Source of the DNA: an uncultured Rhodospirillales bacterium
Lineage (GTDB): Bacteria > Pseudomonadota > Alphaproteobacteria > ATCC43930 > CGMCC-115725
NCBI GenBank assembly: GCA_903822185.1
Contig: CAIJOA010000049.1
Location: 432 to 64,431, forward strand
Direction: 5' to 3'
Length of the DNA: 64,000 nt
Below the pieces are notes generated by a model. It saw only the letters and a program-made list of their open reading frames with translations, was not told where the DNA came from and ran no database searches. Numbering within the stretch: the stretch's first letter is position 1; each line of letters begins with the position of its first letter. The position numbers were made by a program, and so were the translations under genes. Positions 24,701 to 32,967 of the stretch are shown piece by piece.

Positions 24701-25120
24701 GTGAACCCGCCGACCCTTCCGCCCGAGTACCGTCCGTCGGACGACGAAGAATATATGAATCCGTTGCAGCTCGAATATTTCCGGCAGAAGCTTCTGCAGT
24801 GGCGTAGCGAGCTTGTCACCGATTCCTCCGGAACGCTGCAAAACCTCAAAGAGGTCAGCCTCAACGAGCCGGATATCACCGATCGCGCGACGCTCGAAAC
24901 CGATCGCTATACCGAACTGCGTACGCGGGATCGCGAGCGTAAAGTGATCGCGAAAATCGACGAAGCATTGTTTCGGATCGATGACGGTTCCTACGGCTAT
25001 TGCGAGGAAACCGGCGAGCCGATCGGCGTCCGCCGCCTCGAAGCCCGTCCGATCGCGACCCTGAGCGTCGAAGCGCAGGAACGCCACGAGCGTATGGAGC
25101 GCACCCAGCGCGAGGACTAA
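24701..25120 (+). CDS. dksA: RNA polymerase-binding regulator DksA (single-Cys, non-zinc-finger variant), GTG start
   Basis: LPPEYRPSDDEEYMNPLQLEYFRQKLLQWRSEL...DRATLETDRYTELRTRDRERK...GSYGYCEETGEPIGVRRLEARPIATL. I chose GTG 24701 (preceded by GGGGA) because the long ORF from 24455 overlaps the MFS gene. Confidence 0.85.
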   Translation: MNPPTLPPEYRPSDDEEYMNPLQLEYFRQKLLQWRSELVTDSSGTLQNLKEVSLNEPDITDRATLETDRYTELRTRDRERKVIAKIDEALFRIDDGSYGYCEETGEPIGVRRLEARPIATLSVEAQERHERMERTQRED

Positions 25121-25252
25121 GGGCGACCGTTTCCGGTCTCTTTCAACAATTTAATCTTGTGATACATGCGCCCCGCTCAACTTGCGCGCGCGGTGGTGAC
25201 CTTGCATGCTCGCCCGCCACGAGACATCGAGATCGGAAAAGAGGAACTACGC

Positions 25253-26086
25253 ATGTTGGGACGTTGCCGCTGGATCGGATTGCTACTGATCGCCGCTTTG
25301 ATTTCGGTCTGTGCGAGCGCACCGGCGAAGGCGGACGATAAGCCCGATCTCCGGGCGCTGATGGACGATCTCGTCGCCGCCAATCACATTCTTTATTACC
25401 ACGGCATTATGGATGGGTTCGGCCATATCAGTTTCCGCAGCCCGACCGATCCGAATCACTTCTATATGGCCGCCGCGGTTTCGCCGGGGAAGGTGACGGC
25501 CAACGACATCATCGAACTCGATCTCGACGGTAATATCGTCGATAAGCAGAAACGGCCGAGCTATTCCGAACGCTTTATCCATGCCGAAATCTATCGCGCC
25601 CGGCCCGACGTCAATGCAGTGGTTCATTCCCATTCGCCGACCGTGATCCCGTTCAGCGTCACCGGCGTGCCGCTGCGCCCGATCACGCATTCGTCTTCGT
25701 TCCTTTATACCGGCGTGCCGGTGTTCGATACGCGCAAGGTGCCGTCGGCGAAAACCCTGCTGGTCGATAACGCCGAGACGGCGAAGGCGTTGGCGAAGAC
25801 GCTGGGACAAAACGCGGTCGTGCTCATGCGCGGGCATGGCGATGCCGTCGTCGCCGGCGACATCCGCAGCGTCGTGCTACGTGCGATCTACACCGAGGTC
25901 GATGCGAAGTTGCTGTTGCAGGCGATGTCGATGGGCAAGCCGATCACCTATATATCGAAAGAAGAAGGTGAGGCGATGGCCCGCGAAGCGCAGAGTATCA
26001 AAAGCGGATCGAGCCACGGCGTCGATCGGATCTGGCAGATATGGCTTGATGAAGCGTCGGGCAAAGCGATCACGGCGGGGCACTGA
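25253..26086 (+). CDS. Class II aldolase/adducin-domain protein with N-terminal signal peptide
   Basis: MLGRCRWIGLLLIAALISVCASAPAKA is a signal-like N-terminus, and HSHSPTVIPFS...MRGHGDAVVAG is the aldolase-II metal-site pattern. I chose ATG 25253, preceded by gaggaa. Confidence 0.7.
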   Translation: MLGRCRWIGLLLIAALISVCASAPAKADDKPDLRALMDDLVAANHILYYHGIMDGFGHISFRSPTDPNHFYMAAAVSPGKVTANDIIELDLDGNIVDKQKRPSYSERFIHAEIYRARPDVNAVVHSHSPTVIPFSVTGVPLRPITHSSSFLYTGVPVFDTRKVPSAKTLLVDNAETAKALAKTLGQNAVVLMRGHGDAVVAGDIRSVVLRAIYTEVDAKLLLQAMSMGKPITYISKEEGEAMAREAQSIKSGSSHGVDRIWQIWLDEASGKAITAGH

Positions 26087-26158
26087 CCCCAAAGAACCCC
26101 AAAGAAGGAAGAACGCTTAGGGGCGAGCAGCATTCTACTGCCGCCTTTGGCGTGATCC

Positions 26159-26190
26159 CGGGATAGATCCGGCGAGCCGGATTTATCCCG
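26159..26190. terminator. Strong hairpin between the aldolase gene and flgH (possible terminator)
   Basis: cgggatagatccggc-ga-gccggatttatcccg: 15-bp stem with one mismatch and no clear T-run. Confidence 0.35.
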
Positions 26191-26249
26191 AGTGGTTCTG
26201 GTGGGGAGCAGCCATCACGACGTTGCTTTCTATGTCGTGACGGACTGCC

Positions 26250-27005
26250 TCAGAACGGTGCGACGACGTCGAGCAACTGTTGGCCGTAGCGCGGCTGCTG
26301 CTTATCGGTGATCTGACCGCGGCCGCCGTAAGAGACGCGCGCCTCAGCGAGTTTCTCGAGCGGGGTCGTGTTGGTCGAGCTGATGTCCTGCGGACGCAGG
26401 ACGCCGGTGATCTGCAATTCGCGGACTTCGAAATTGACGCGGATTTCCTGGCGGCCCTGAACGACGAGATTGCCGTTCGGCAAAACCTGCGTCACCAGCG
26501 CCGCGACGTTGAGCGTGATCTTCTCTTCACGGGTGATGCCGCCGGTGCCGTCGTTCTTGGTCGCATTGTTTATGGCGACGTTGGTGTTCGGATGCATGTT
26601 CTTCGGCAGCATCTTTGCCAACTGGCCGACATCGAAGCCAAGAACCTGCGGCATCGCGTCGGTTTCGGTCGTAGTGCGGGCTGTGGTGCTGTCGTTAGCG
26701 AACTGGGCCTTGTCGTCGATCGAGATAACCACGGTCAGAATGTCGCCGATGTTGGCGGCGCGTTGATCCTTGAAGAAGGCGCGGCTGCCGGCTTTCCACA
26801 GCGAGTTCGGCTGACGCTCGCCGACGATCGGGGTCGGCATCGGCAGCGACACGGGCGTATAGCCCGGCTGCGTCTTAGGGTCTTGGATCGTGGTCAGCGG
26901 CGGGGCCTCACCGATCTGGCTGATGCGGCTGAAGGCATTGCAGCCGGCGAGCAGCATCGCGCAAAGGGCGGTCGCGGTGATCTGTTTGAAAGGCAAGGGA
27001 GACAT
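26250..27005 (-). CDS. flgH: Flagellar L-ring lipoprotein FlgH
   Basis: Lipobox LLAGC. IGDILTVVISIDDKA...LVVQGRQEIRVNFEVRELQITGVLRPQDI are FlgH motifs. Confidence 0.95.
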   Translation of the reverse strand: MSPLPFKQITATALCAMLLAGCNAFSRISQIGEAPPLTTIQDPKTQPGYTPVSLPMPTPIVGERQPNSLWKAGSRAFFKDQRAANIGDILTVVISIDDKAQFANDSTTARTTTETDAMPQVLGFDVGQLAKMLPKNMHPNTNVAINNATKNDGTGGITREEKITLNVAALVTQVLPNGNLVVQGRQEIRVNFEVRELQITGVLRPQDISSTNTTPLEKLAEARVSYGGRGQITDKQQPRYGQQLLDVVAPF

Positions 27006-27019
27006 CGGATGATCCTGGC

Positions 27020-27967
27020 TTAGCGTGAGGCGATGCGGTTCGAGACGCGGTTGATGACCGCGCGGCCCGACCCGGCAATGACGGCGTCGATGACGCGATT
27101 GGACTGAATGTTGGTGATGCGGATCGACGCACCCAGGGCGCCATCTTCCATGGCGCGGCCTTGCGTGGTGAGCTGCATCACGTCGGTATCGAGTTCGATC
27201 ATGACCGTCTCGCCCTTATGGACGAGGATCGGGTCTTGCACGTCGCCCGCGCGGACGAGTTCGCCGACGCGCAGCACGCGCTTGGCGGCCTTGCCGACGA
27301 GTTGCGACGCATCAGTCACGGTGTCGCCGGCGACGCGCTCGCGCGGCAGTTTGATCGTCTGCAGATCGTTCGGGCCGACGACGTCGCCGATGGCGATGCC
27401 GCGGCTGGGCACCGCGACGGTCAATTGATAGACGACGCGGCCGCTGACGCGTTGACGCTGCGGGTTCGGTGAATCGGCCGGCGCGGAAACGAAAGCGCTG
27501 AAACGGCCGCTGCGCTGATCGAGGGTCACGCCGTCGAGCGCGATGGAGTCCGAAGCTTCGGCCGGGACGACGAAGCGGATGCCGGGATTGTCGAACTGGA
27601 TCGTCGTGTCGGCGGTCGTGTTGGTCGCCATCTCGGTCAGAAGACGCTGGCCGATGGTGTCGGCGGTGAGGAAACGGGTGGCGCGTTCGACCGTGGCACG
27701 GTCGTAATCCGACGACGGTGTCCAGGCGACGTGATGCTCGCTGGCGACGGCGCCGAGCCAGGACGCGCTGAAGGTGACGCGCTGTCCGATCGCCGGCGCG
27801 GCCGCGACCGATTCCATCGCATGGGTGCCGGTGTTGGTGAAAAGATCGCCGACATGAATGGTGTCGCCGGTGACGGAGGCGCTGGGCTGCAACATGCTTT
27901 GCGCGAAGCCGTGGCCGGGAAGGGCCAGCACCATCAAGGCGACGAGGGAGACAAAACCGCTTTTCAT
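27020..27967 (-). CDS. flgA: Flagellar P-ring assembly chaperone FlgA
   Basis: Signal peptide and a C-terminal SAF-like domain QLVGKAAKRVLRVGELVRAGDV...HKGETVMIELD...TTQGRAMEDGALGASIRITN. It lies between flgG and flgH. Confidence 0.85.
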   Translation of the reverse strand: MKSGFVSLVALMVLALPGHGFAQSMLQPSASVTGDTIHVGDLFTNTGTHAMESVAAAPAIGQRVTFSASWLGAVASEHHVAWTPSSDYDRATVERATRFLTADTIGQRLLTEMATNTTADTTIQFDNPGIRFVVPAEASDSIALDGVTLDQRSGRFSAFVSAPADSPNPQRQRVSGRVVYQLTVAVPSRGIAIGDVVGPNDLQTIKLPRERVAGDTVTDASQLVGKAAKRVLRVGELVRAGDVQDPILVHKGETVMIELDTDVMQLTTQGRAMEDGALGASIRITNIQSNRVIDAVIAGSGRAVINRVSNRIASR

Positions 27968-27975
27968 GATCGCGC

Positions 27976-28761
27976 TTACTGAATCTGGTTCAGGGTGGAC
28001 ATCATCTGATCCGAGGTCTGAATGACCTTCGAATTCATTTCGTAGGCGCGCTGCGCCGTGATCAGGTTGCTGATCTCGGAAACGATGTTGACGTTCGAGG
28101 TTTCGAGAAAGCCCTGCTGCAGCGTACCGAACGAGGTGCTGCCCGGATTGCCGGTGGTGGCGGTGCCCGAGGCGGCGGTCTCGGCGAGCAAGTTGTTGCC
28201 CTGCTGGGTGAGGCCGGCTTCGTTCGGGAAGGTCGCGAGTTCGAGCTGACCGACCGTGGTCTGACCGTTCTGGCCGGCGACCTGCGCCAAGACCTGACCG
28301 TTCGCGTTGATCGTGATGCTGGTCGTGTTCGCTGGAATGGTGATCGAGGGCTGCACGGTGTAACCGTCGGCGGTGACGAGCTGACCCGTCGGGCTCAACT
28401 GCATCGAACCGGCGCGGGTGTAGGAGGTTGTGCCGTCGGGCATCAGCACTTGGAAATAGCCGCGGCCCTGAATGGCGACGTCGAGTGGGTTGTTGGTGTT
28501 GTTGAGATTGCCTTGCGTCGTCAGGCGATAGACCGCTGCGGCTTTGACGCCGGTGCCGATCTGCACGCCGACCGGAACCACCGTGCCGCTATCCGAGGAA
28601 TTCGCGCCCGCGGCGCGCTCGGTCTGATACAGCAGATCCTGGAACTCGGCGCGCTGCGATTTGAACGCCGTCGTGTTCAAGTTGGCGATGTTGTTCGAGA
28701 TGACTTCGACGTTGAGCTGCTGGGCCAGCATGCCCGTGGCGGCGATGGCGAGTGAGCGCAT
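27976..28761 (-). CDS. flgG: Flagellar distal rod protein FlgG
   Basis: MRSLAIAATGMLAQQLNVEVISNNIANLNTTAFK...NVNIVSEISNLITAQRAYEMNSKVIQTSDQM. Confidence 0.95.
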   Translation of the reverse strand: MRSLAIAATGMLAQQLNVEVISNNIANLNTTAFKSQRAEFQDLLYQTERAAGANSSDSGTVVPVGVQIGTGVKAAAVYRLTTQGNLNNTNNPLDVAIQGRGYFQVLMPDGTTSYTRAGSMQLSPTGQLVTADGYTVQPSITIPANTTSITINANGQVLAQVAGQNGQTTVGQLELATFPNEAGLTQQGNNLLAETAASGTATTGNPGSTSFGTLQQGFLETSNVNIVSEISNLITAQRAYEMNSKVIQTSDQMMSTLNQIQ

Positions 28762-28784
28762 GACGCGTTACCTTCCTTGAACTC

Positions 28785-29507
28785 TTAGATCGATTTGCCG
28801 AGACGATCGATGGCGGTCTTGAGCCGTTGATGCTCGCCATCGACGAAATTCTTCATGCCGGCGACCTCGTGCGACGCATTCATTAGCTTCGTCATTTCGA
28901 GGACCGGTTGGACGTTGGATTCTTCGATCGTGCCCTGCATCACCTGGGTGGTCGGCACCGGGGTCGGGGTCTGGTCGGTCGTGTAAAGCGTGGCGGATGC
29001 GGAGACGAGCGACTGCGGCTTGTCGAAATTGACGACCGGGATCTTGCCGACGCTGCCCTGTTTGGTCGAAACCGAACCGTCCGCGCCGATGGTGATCTGG
29101 CCGGCGCCGGGGGGAATGACGATGGCCGAACCGCCGTCGCCTTGAATGACATAGCCGGCCGACGTGACCAGTTCGCCTTGGGCGTCGAGCTGCAGATGGC
29201 CGTTGCGGGTGTAGCCGGTGGTGCCGTCGGGTTGGGTCACGGCCAGGAAGCCTTCGCCGTTGAGGGCGACATCCAGCGGATTGCCGGTATGGGTGAGGGC
29301 GCCTTGGCTCATGTCGCGGGCGTTGCCGGCCATGCTGACATAAGAGCTGGGGTCGCTGCCCTTGGCGTTGGCCAGATACTCGTTGAACAACAGCCGTTCG
29401 CCTTTAAAACCTGCGGTCGAAAGGTTCGCGATGTTGTTCGCGAGGACTTCCATCTGACGCTCGCGAGCGTTTTGGCCGGACAGGGAAATGTAGGTCGAAG
29501 TGTTCAT
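28785..29507 (-). CDS. flgF: Flagellar proximal rod protein FlgF (long ORF extends to 29561)
   Basis: MNTSTYISLSGQNARERQMEVLANNIANLSTAGFK is a rod N-terminus. The 18-codon extension of the longest ORF contains the sigma54 promoter, so I place the start at ATG 29507. Confidence 0.9.
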   Translation of the reverse strand: MNTSTYISLSGQNARERQMEVLANNIANLSTAGFKGERLLFNEYLANAKGSDPSSYVSMAGNARDMSQGALTHTGNPLDVALNGEGFLAVTQPDGTTGYTRNGHLQLDAQGELVTSAGYVIQGDGGSAIVIPPGAGQITIGADGSVSTKQGSVGKIPVVNFDKPQSLVSASATLYTTDQTPTPVPTTQVMQGTIEESNVQPVLEMTKLMNASHEVAGMKNFVDGEHQRLKTAIDRLGKSI

Positions 29508-29539
29508 GGGAACGCCGTTGGTTAATCTGGCTTCCTCGT

Positions 29540-29555
29540 TGCATCCCCCGTGCCA
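29540..29555 (-). promoter_or_regulatory. sigma54 promoter of the flgF-flgG-flgA-flgH operon
   Basis: The minus strand reads TGGCACGGGGGATGCA (GG-N10-GC). The -12 C lies 34 nt upstream of ATG 29507. Confidence 0.75.
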
Positions 29556-29617
29556 AACCATGAATTGAGCGTTTTCAATGGCTTAGCTTTAGGGTGGTCC
29601 GGCGATCGACCGGATTT

Positions 29618-29644
29618 TGCAGGCTTTGCCGGGAAAATTCTGCC
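29618..29644. promoter_or_regulatory. Two one-mismatch GGCA-N5-TGCC sites upstream of the flgF sigma54 promoter
   Basis: TGCAGGCTTTGCC 29618-29630 and GGAAAATTCTGCC 29632-29644. Confidence 0.4.
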
Positions 29645-29660
29645 GACTTGCCGGTCCGCT

Positions 29661-29679
29661 TCAACCAGTTGTTAACCGT
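29661..29679 (+). promoter_or_regulatory. Near-consensus CtrA box upstream of fliL
   Basis: TCAA-ccagttg-TTAACCGT, with one mismatch in each half. It lies 53-71 nt upstream of the fliL ATG 29732. Confidence 0.45.
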
Positions 29680-29731
29680 AATTCCCCCATAGTCCGCCCG
29701 AGATTAGTCACCCTTTTGAGTATCGAGCGCC

Positions 29732-30259
29732 ATGGCCAGCACGACTGCAGACGAAGAGATCGAAGCCGTCCCCGCCGAAGGCGAGGGCGAAGCCAAATCG
29801 GGTGGCGGTAAGAAGAAGCTCATTATGATCGTCGGTGGCGCGGTCGGGTTGCTGGTGGTTGCCGGCGCCGGGCTCTACTTCACCGGCATGCTCGATAAGC
29901 TTCTCGGTCACGAGAAGAAAGAAGCCGTCGTCGAAGCGCCGCCGCCGAAGCCCCTGGTGTTTTTCGACCTGCCGGACTTCCTGGTCAATTTGAATGCCGG
30001 CGCCTCTAAGAAGGCAAGCTTCCTCAAGCTGTCGGTCAGCCTCGAACTCGACAAGGAAGACGACAAGGCGCGTCTTCAGTCGGTGATGCCGCGCGTCGTC
30101 GATAATTTCCAGATTTATCTGCGCGAACTTCGCATCGAAGATCTGCGCGGTTCGGGCGGCGTCTATCGCCTGCGCGAAGAATTGCTCGCGCGCGTCAATG
30201 CCGCGGTCGCGCCGGTGAAGGTCACCGACGTGTTGTTCAAAGAAATGCTGGTCCAGTAA
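29732..30259 (+). CDS. fliL: Flagellar basal-body-associated protein FliL
   Basis: Single TM segment, then FFDLPDFLVNLN...FLKLSVSLELD...MPRVVDNFQIYLRELR, the FliL domain pattern. Confidence 0.92.
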   Translation: MASTTADEEIEAVPAEGEGEAKSGGGKKKLIMIVGGAVGLLVVAGAGLYFTGMLDKLLGHEKKEAVVEAPPPKPLVFFDLPDFLVNLNAGASKKASFLKLSVSLELDKEDDKARLQSVMPRVVDNFQIYLRELRIEDLRGSGGVYRLREELLARVNAAVAPVKVTDVLFKEMLVQ

Positions 30260-30274
30260 GGACCGAGAGAAGTT

Positions 30275-31396
30275 ATGGCTGACGAGCAAGAACAAGTCGA
30301 TCAAGACAAACTCGCTGCCGAATGGGCCGCGTCCGCCGGTGGCGACAACGCCGAGCCGGATATCGACGCCATCATGAACGGCGGTGCGGCTGGCGGTGAG
30401 GGGGGCGAAGGTGACGCGCCGCTCGGTTCCGCGCGTGTCCTCAATCAAAACGAAATTGACAGGCTTCTGGGCTTCGGCGAAAGCACTGGTGGCGGCGCCG
30501 ACAATTCCGGCATCCGCGCGATCATCGATTCGGCGCTCGTTTCCTACGAACGTCTGCCGATGCTCGAAGTCGTGTTCGACCGTCTGGTCCGCATGATGTC
30601 CACCTCGCTGCGTAATTTCACCTCCGATAACGTCGAAGTCTCGATCGACAACATCACCTCGATCCGGTTCGGCGATTACCTCAATTCCATTCCGCTGCCC
30701 GCGATGCTCACGGTCTTCAAGGCCGAGCAGTGGGACAATTATGGTCTTCTGACCGTCGATAGCGCGCTGATCTATTCGATCGTCGATGTGTTGTTGGGCG
30801 GACGCCGCGGTACCGCCGCGATGCGTATCGAAGGCCGTCCTTATACGACGATCGAACGCAACCTGGTCGAACGTCTCGTTTCGGTCGTGTTGCAGGATCT
30901 TTCGGGTGCGTTCGATCCGTTGAGCCCCGTTACTTTCCGCTTCGATCGTCTTGAAACCAACCCGCGCTTCGCCACCATCGGCCGGCCGGCCAACGCCGCC
31001 GTGCTCGCGCGCCTGCGCGTCGATATGGAAGATCGCGGTGGCCGTCTCGAAGTGCTGCTGCCCTATGCAACGCTAGAACCGGTTCGCGAAATCCTGCTGC
31101 AAGGCTTCCTCGGCGAAAAATTCGGCCGTGACTCCATTTGGGAAACCCATTTGGCCGGCGAACTCTGGAACACCAACGTCCCGCTGCAGGCGGTTCTCGA
31201 CACGGTCGAGATGTCGCTGCGCGACGTGCTGAAATTAGGGATCGGCAGCCGCATTCCCTTGAACGCGGCGCTCGACGCCGAGATCATGCTCACCTGCGGC
31301 GACTTGCCGATGTTCTCCGGACGGATGGGCCGCAAGGCCGGCAACATTGCCGTCCAAATCGAAGAGAAGCTGGATAAAGATCGAGGAGCTCAGTGA
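30275..31396 (+). CDS. fliM: Flagellar motor switch protein FliM
   Basis: 373 aa. LNQNEIDRLLGF is the CheY-P binding-like N-motif, followed by middle and C-terminal FliM/FliN-like domains. It follows fliL. Confidence 0.92.
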   Translation: MADEQEQVDQDKLAAEWAASAGGDNAEPDIDAIMNGGAAGGEGGEGDAPLGSARVLNQNEIDRLLGFGESTGGGADNSGIRAIIDSALVSYERLPMLEVVFDRLVRMMSTSLRNFTSDNVEVSIDNITSIRFGDYLNSIPLPAMLTVFKAEQWDNYGLLTVDSALIYSIVDVLLGGRRGTAAMRIEGRPYTTIERNLVERLVSVVLQDLSGAFDPLSPVTFRFDRLETNPRFATIGRPANAAVLARLRVDMEDRGGRLEVLLPYATLEPVREILLQGFLGEKFGRDSIWETHLAGELWNTNVPLQAVLDTVEMSLRDVLKLGIGSRIPLNAALDAEIMLTCGDLPMFSGRMGRKAGNIAVQIEEKLDKDRGAQ

Positions 31397-32094
31397 TGCT
31401 TAGCCTTTTGGGCGATGTCGTCGTCGCGCTGCTTCTCATCGCCACGATCGGTTATTCGGTTGTCCTCAATCGCCGGCTCACCTCGGTTCGCGCCGATCGT
31501 GAGAAATTCGAAGCGTTGATCAAGAACCTCAACACCGCGTCGCAACGGGCGGAAGCCGCCATCGGCAATCTGCGCACGACCGCCGAAGACCTAGGACGCC
31601 GTCTCGAAAAGCGCGTCGAAGAGGCGCGGGGCCTGTCCGACGATCTGGTCTATATGATCGAGCGGGGCAGCGGCATCGCCGACAAGCTCGCCAGCCAAAT
31701 CCGCTCCAGCCGCGATGAAATGAAACCCGATTTCAAGCCGGAAGCGAAAGTCTTCGAGGCAAAGATTTCGGAAGCGAAAATCGACGTCCGGCCTGTTCTG
31801 CCTGAGGACATCGACGCCGATGCGCGCGCCGAACATCTCGTCGAAGCCATCCTGCGCGAACCCGTTCCGGCGCAAGCGCCTGCCGCCGCGCCGAAGCCGC
31901 GTCCCGCGTTCCTGCGCGGCGCCGCCGAAATCCGCCGCGACGATATTCGTGTCGAGCGTATCGAGCCGCGTGTCTCGGTGCCGACCCTTGTCGATATCGC
32001 TGCCGCTGCGGTCGATGACCAACCCGAACGCGCCAACGCGCCGTCGCGCGCCGAACGCGATCTGCTTCGCGCTCTCTCGGCTCGCCGCCGCTAG
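31393..32094 (+). CDS. Single-pass membrane coiled-coil protein conserved after fliM in alphaproteobacterial clusters (tentatively DUF6468-like)
   Basis: N-terminal TM LLGDVVVALLLIATIGYSVVL, then a coiled-coil REKFEALIKNLNTASQRAEAAIGNLRTTAEDL. Its start is coupled to the fliM stop. Confidence 0.6.
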   Translation: MMLSLLGDVVVALLLIATIGYSVVLNRRLTSVRADREKFEALIKNLNTASQRAEAAIGNLRTTAEDLGRRLEKRVEEARGLSDDLVYMIERGSGIADKLASQIRSSRDEMKPDFKPEAKVFEAKISEAKIDVRPVLPEDIDADARAEHLVEAILREPVPAQAPAAAPKPRPAFLRGAAEIRRDDIRVERIEPRVSVPTLVDIAAAAVDDQPERANAPSRAERDLLRALSARRR

Positions 32095-32103
32095 GACTAA
32101 AAG

Positions 32104-32967
32104 ATGTCGTTGCGCCCACGCCTCATCCCCTCTGTCATCGTCGCCGCGACCGTTCTGCTCGGCCTCAAAGTGTCCGACATGATGTCGAGCAACGTGACCG
32201 GCGTTGCGATCGCCTCGACCGGTTCGAAGGCGACGGGCATGCCGATCGATTTGACCAGCGCGGCGAATATGCTCAAAGACTTGGCGCCGGCCGAAGGTCA
32301 TGGCGAAGCGGCGAAGAAGCCGGCCGAAGAAAAGAAAGCCGAGACGCCGAAGCCCGAAGAGAAGAAGCCAGAAGAAAAAAAGGCCGAAGCCGCGAAGCCG
32401 GAAGAGAAGCAGGCCGAAGCGCCGAAGCCCTCGTTGGACGGCCAGCCGAAACCGAACCAGATTCAAACCGCCGAAGCGCCCGCCGCCGAACCGCCGCCGA
32501 CGCCGCGTAAGCCGGCGAAAGATCCGCTGCTGCTCAATCCCGCCGAGATCGAAGTGTTGCAACAGCTTTCGGAGCGCCGCGCCACGCTGGATCAACGCGC
32601 CGGTGATCTCGATCAGCGCGAAGTGGTCATGCAGGCTGCCGAGAAGCGCATGGATGACAAAATTAAACAGCTTCAAGATTTGCAAAAGGCGATCGCGGCC
32701 AGCGTTGCGAAGCAGGATGCCGCAACCGACGAAAAGACTCAGAGCCTCGTGAAGATTTACGAGACGATGAAGCCGAAAGAAGCCGCTGCGATCCTCAATC
32801 AGCTCGACATGCCGGTGCTGTTGAACCTGCTGAGCCATATGAAGGAATCGAAGACCGCGCCGATCTTTGCTGCGATGGACCCGACGAAGGCCAAAGCGGT
32901 GACGACCTCGCTTGTTAACGCCAACCAGAAGCCGGCGATGCCCGTCGCGGCGCAGCAAGCTCAATGA
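32104..32967 (+). CDS. motE: MotE-family flagellar protein (MgtE-N-like domain) with a Lys/Pro/Glu-rich linker
   Basis: The C-terminal KIYETMKPKEAAAILNQLDMPVLLNLLSHMKESKTAPIFAAMDP matches the MotE / MgtE-intracellular-N pattern. An N-terminal signal/TM segment and a KPEEKK-type low-complexity region are present. Confidence 0.75.
   Translation: MSLRPRLIPSVIVAATVLLGLKVSDMMSSNVTGVAIASTGSKATGMPIDLTSAANMLKDLAPAEGHGEAAKKPAEEKKAETPKPEEKKPEEKKAEAAKPEEKQAEAPKPSLDGQPKPNQIQTAEAPAAEPPPTPRKPAKDPLLLNPAEIEVLQQLSERRATLDQRAGDLDQREVVMQAAEKRMDDKIKQLQDLQKAIAASVAKQDAATDEKTQSLVKIYETMKPKEAAAILNQLDMPVLLNLLSHMKESKTAPIFAAMDPTKAKAVTTSLVNANQKPAMPVAAQQAQ

Noticed and set aside
32290-32470. Repetitive aag/gaa/ccg-rich DNA resembling a tandem repeat array
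   Set aside because: It lies in frame inside motE and encodes a KPEEKK-type charged linker. It is not a CRISPR array or a non-coding tandem repeat.
31591-32964. 457-aa minus-strand ORF
   Set aside because: It is antisense to the coiled-coil gene and motE, with a low-complexity Arg/Gly/Leu composition.
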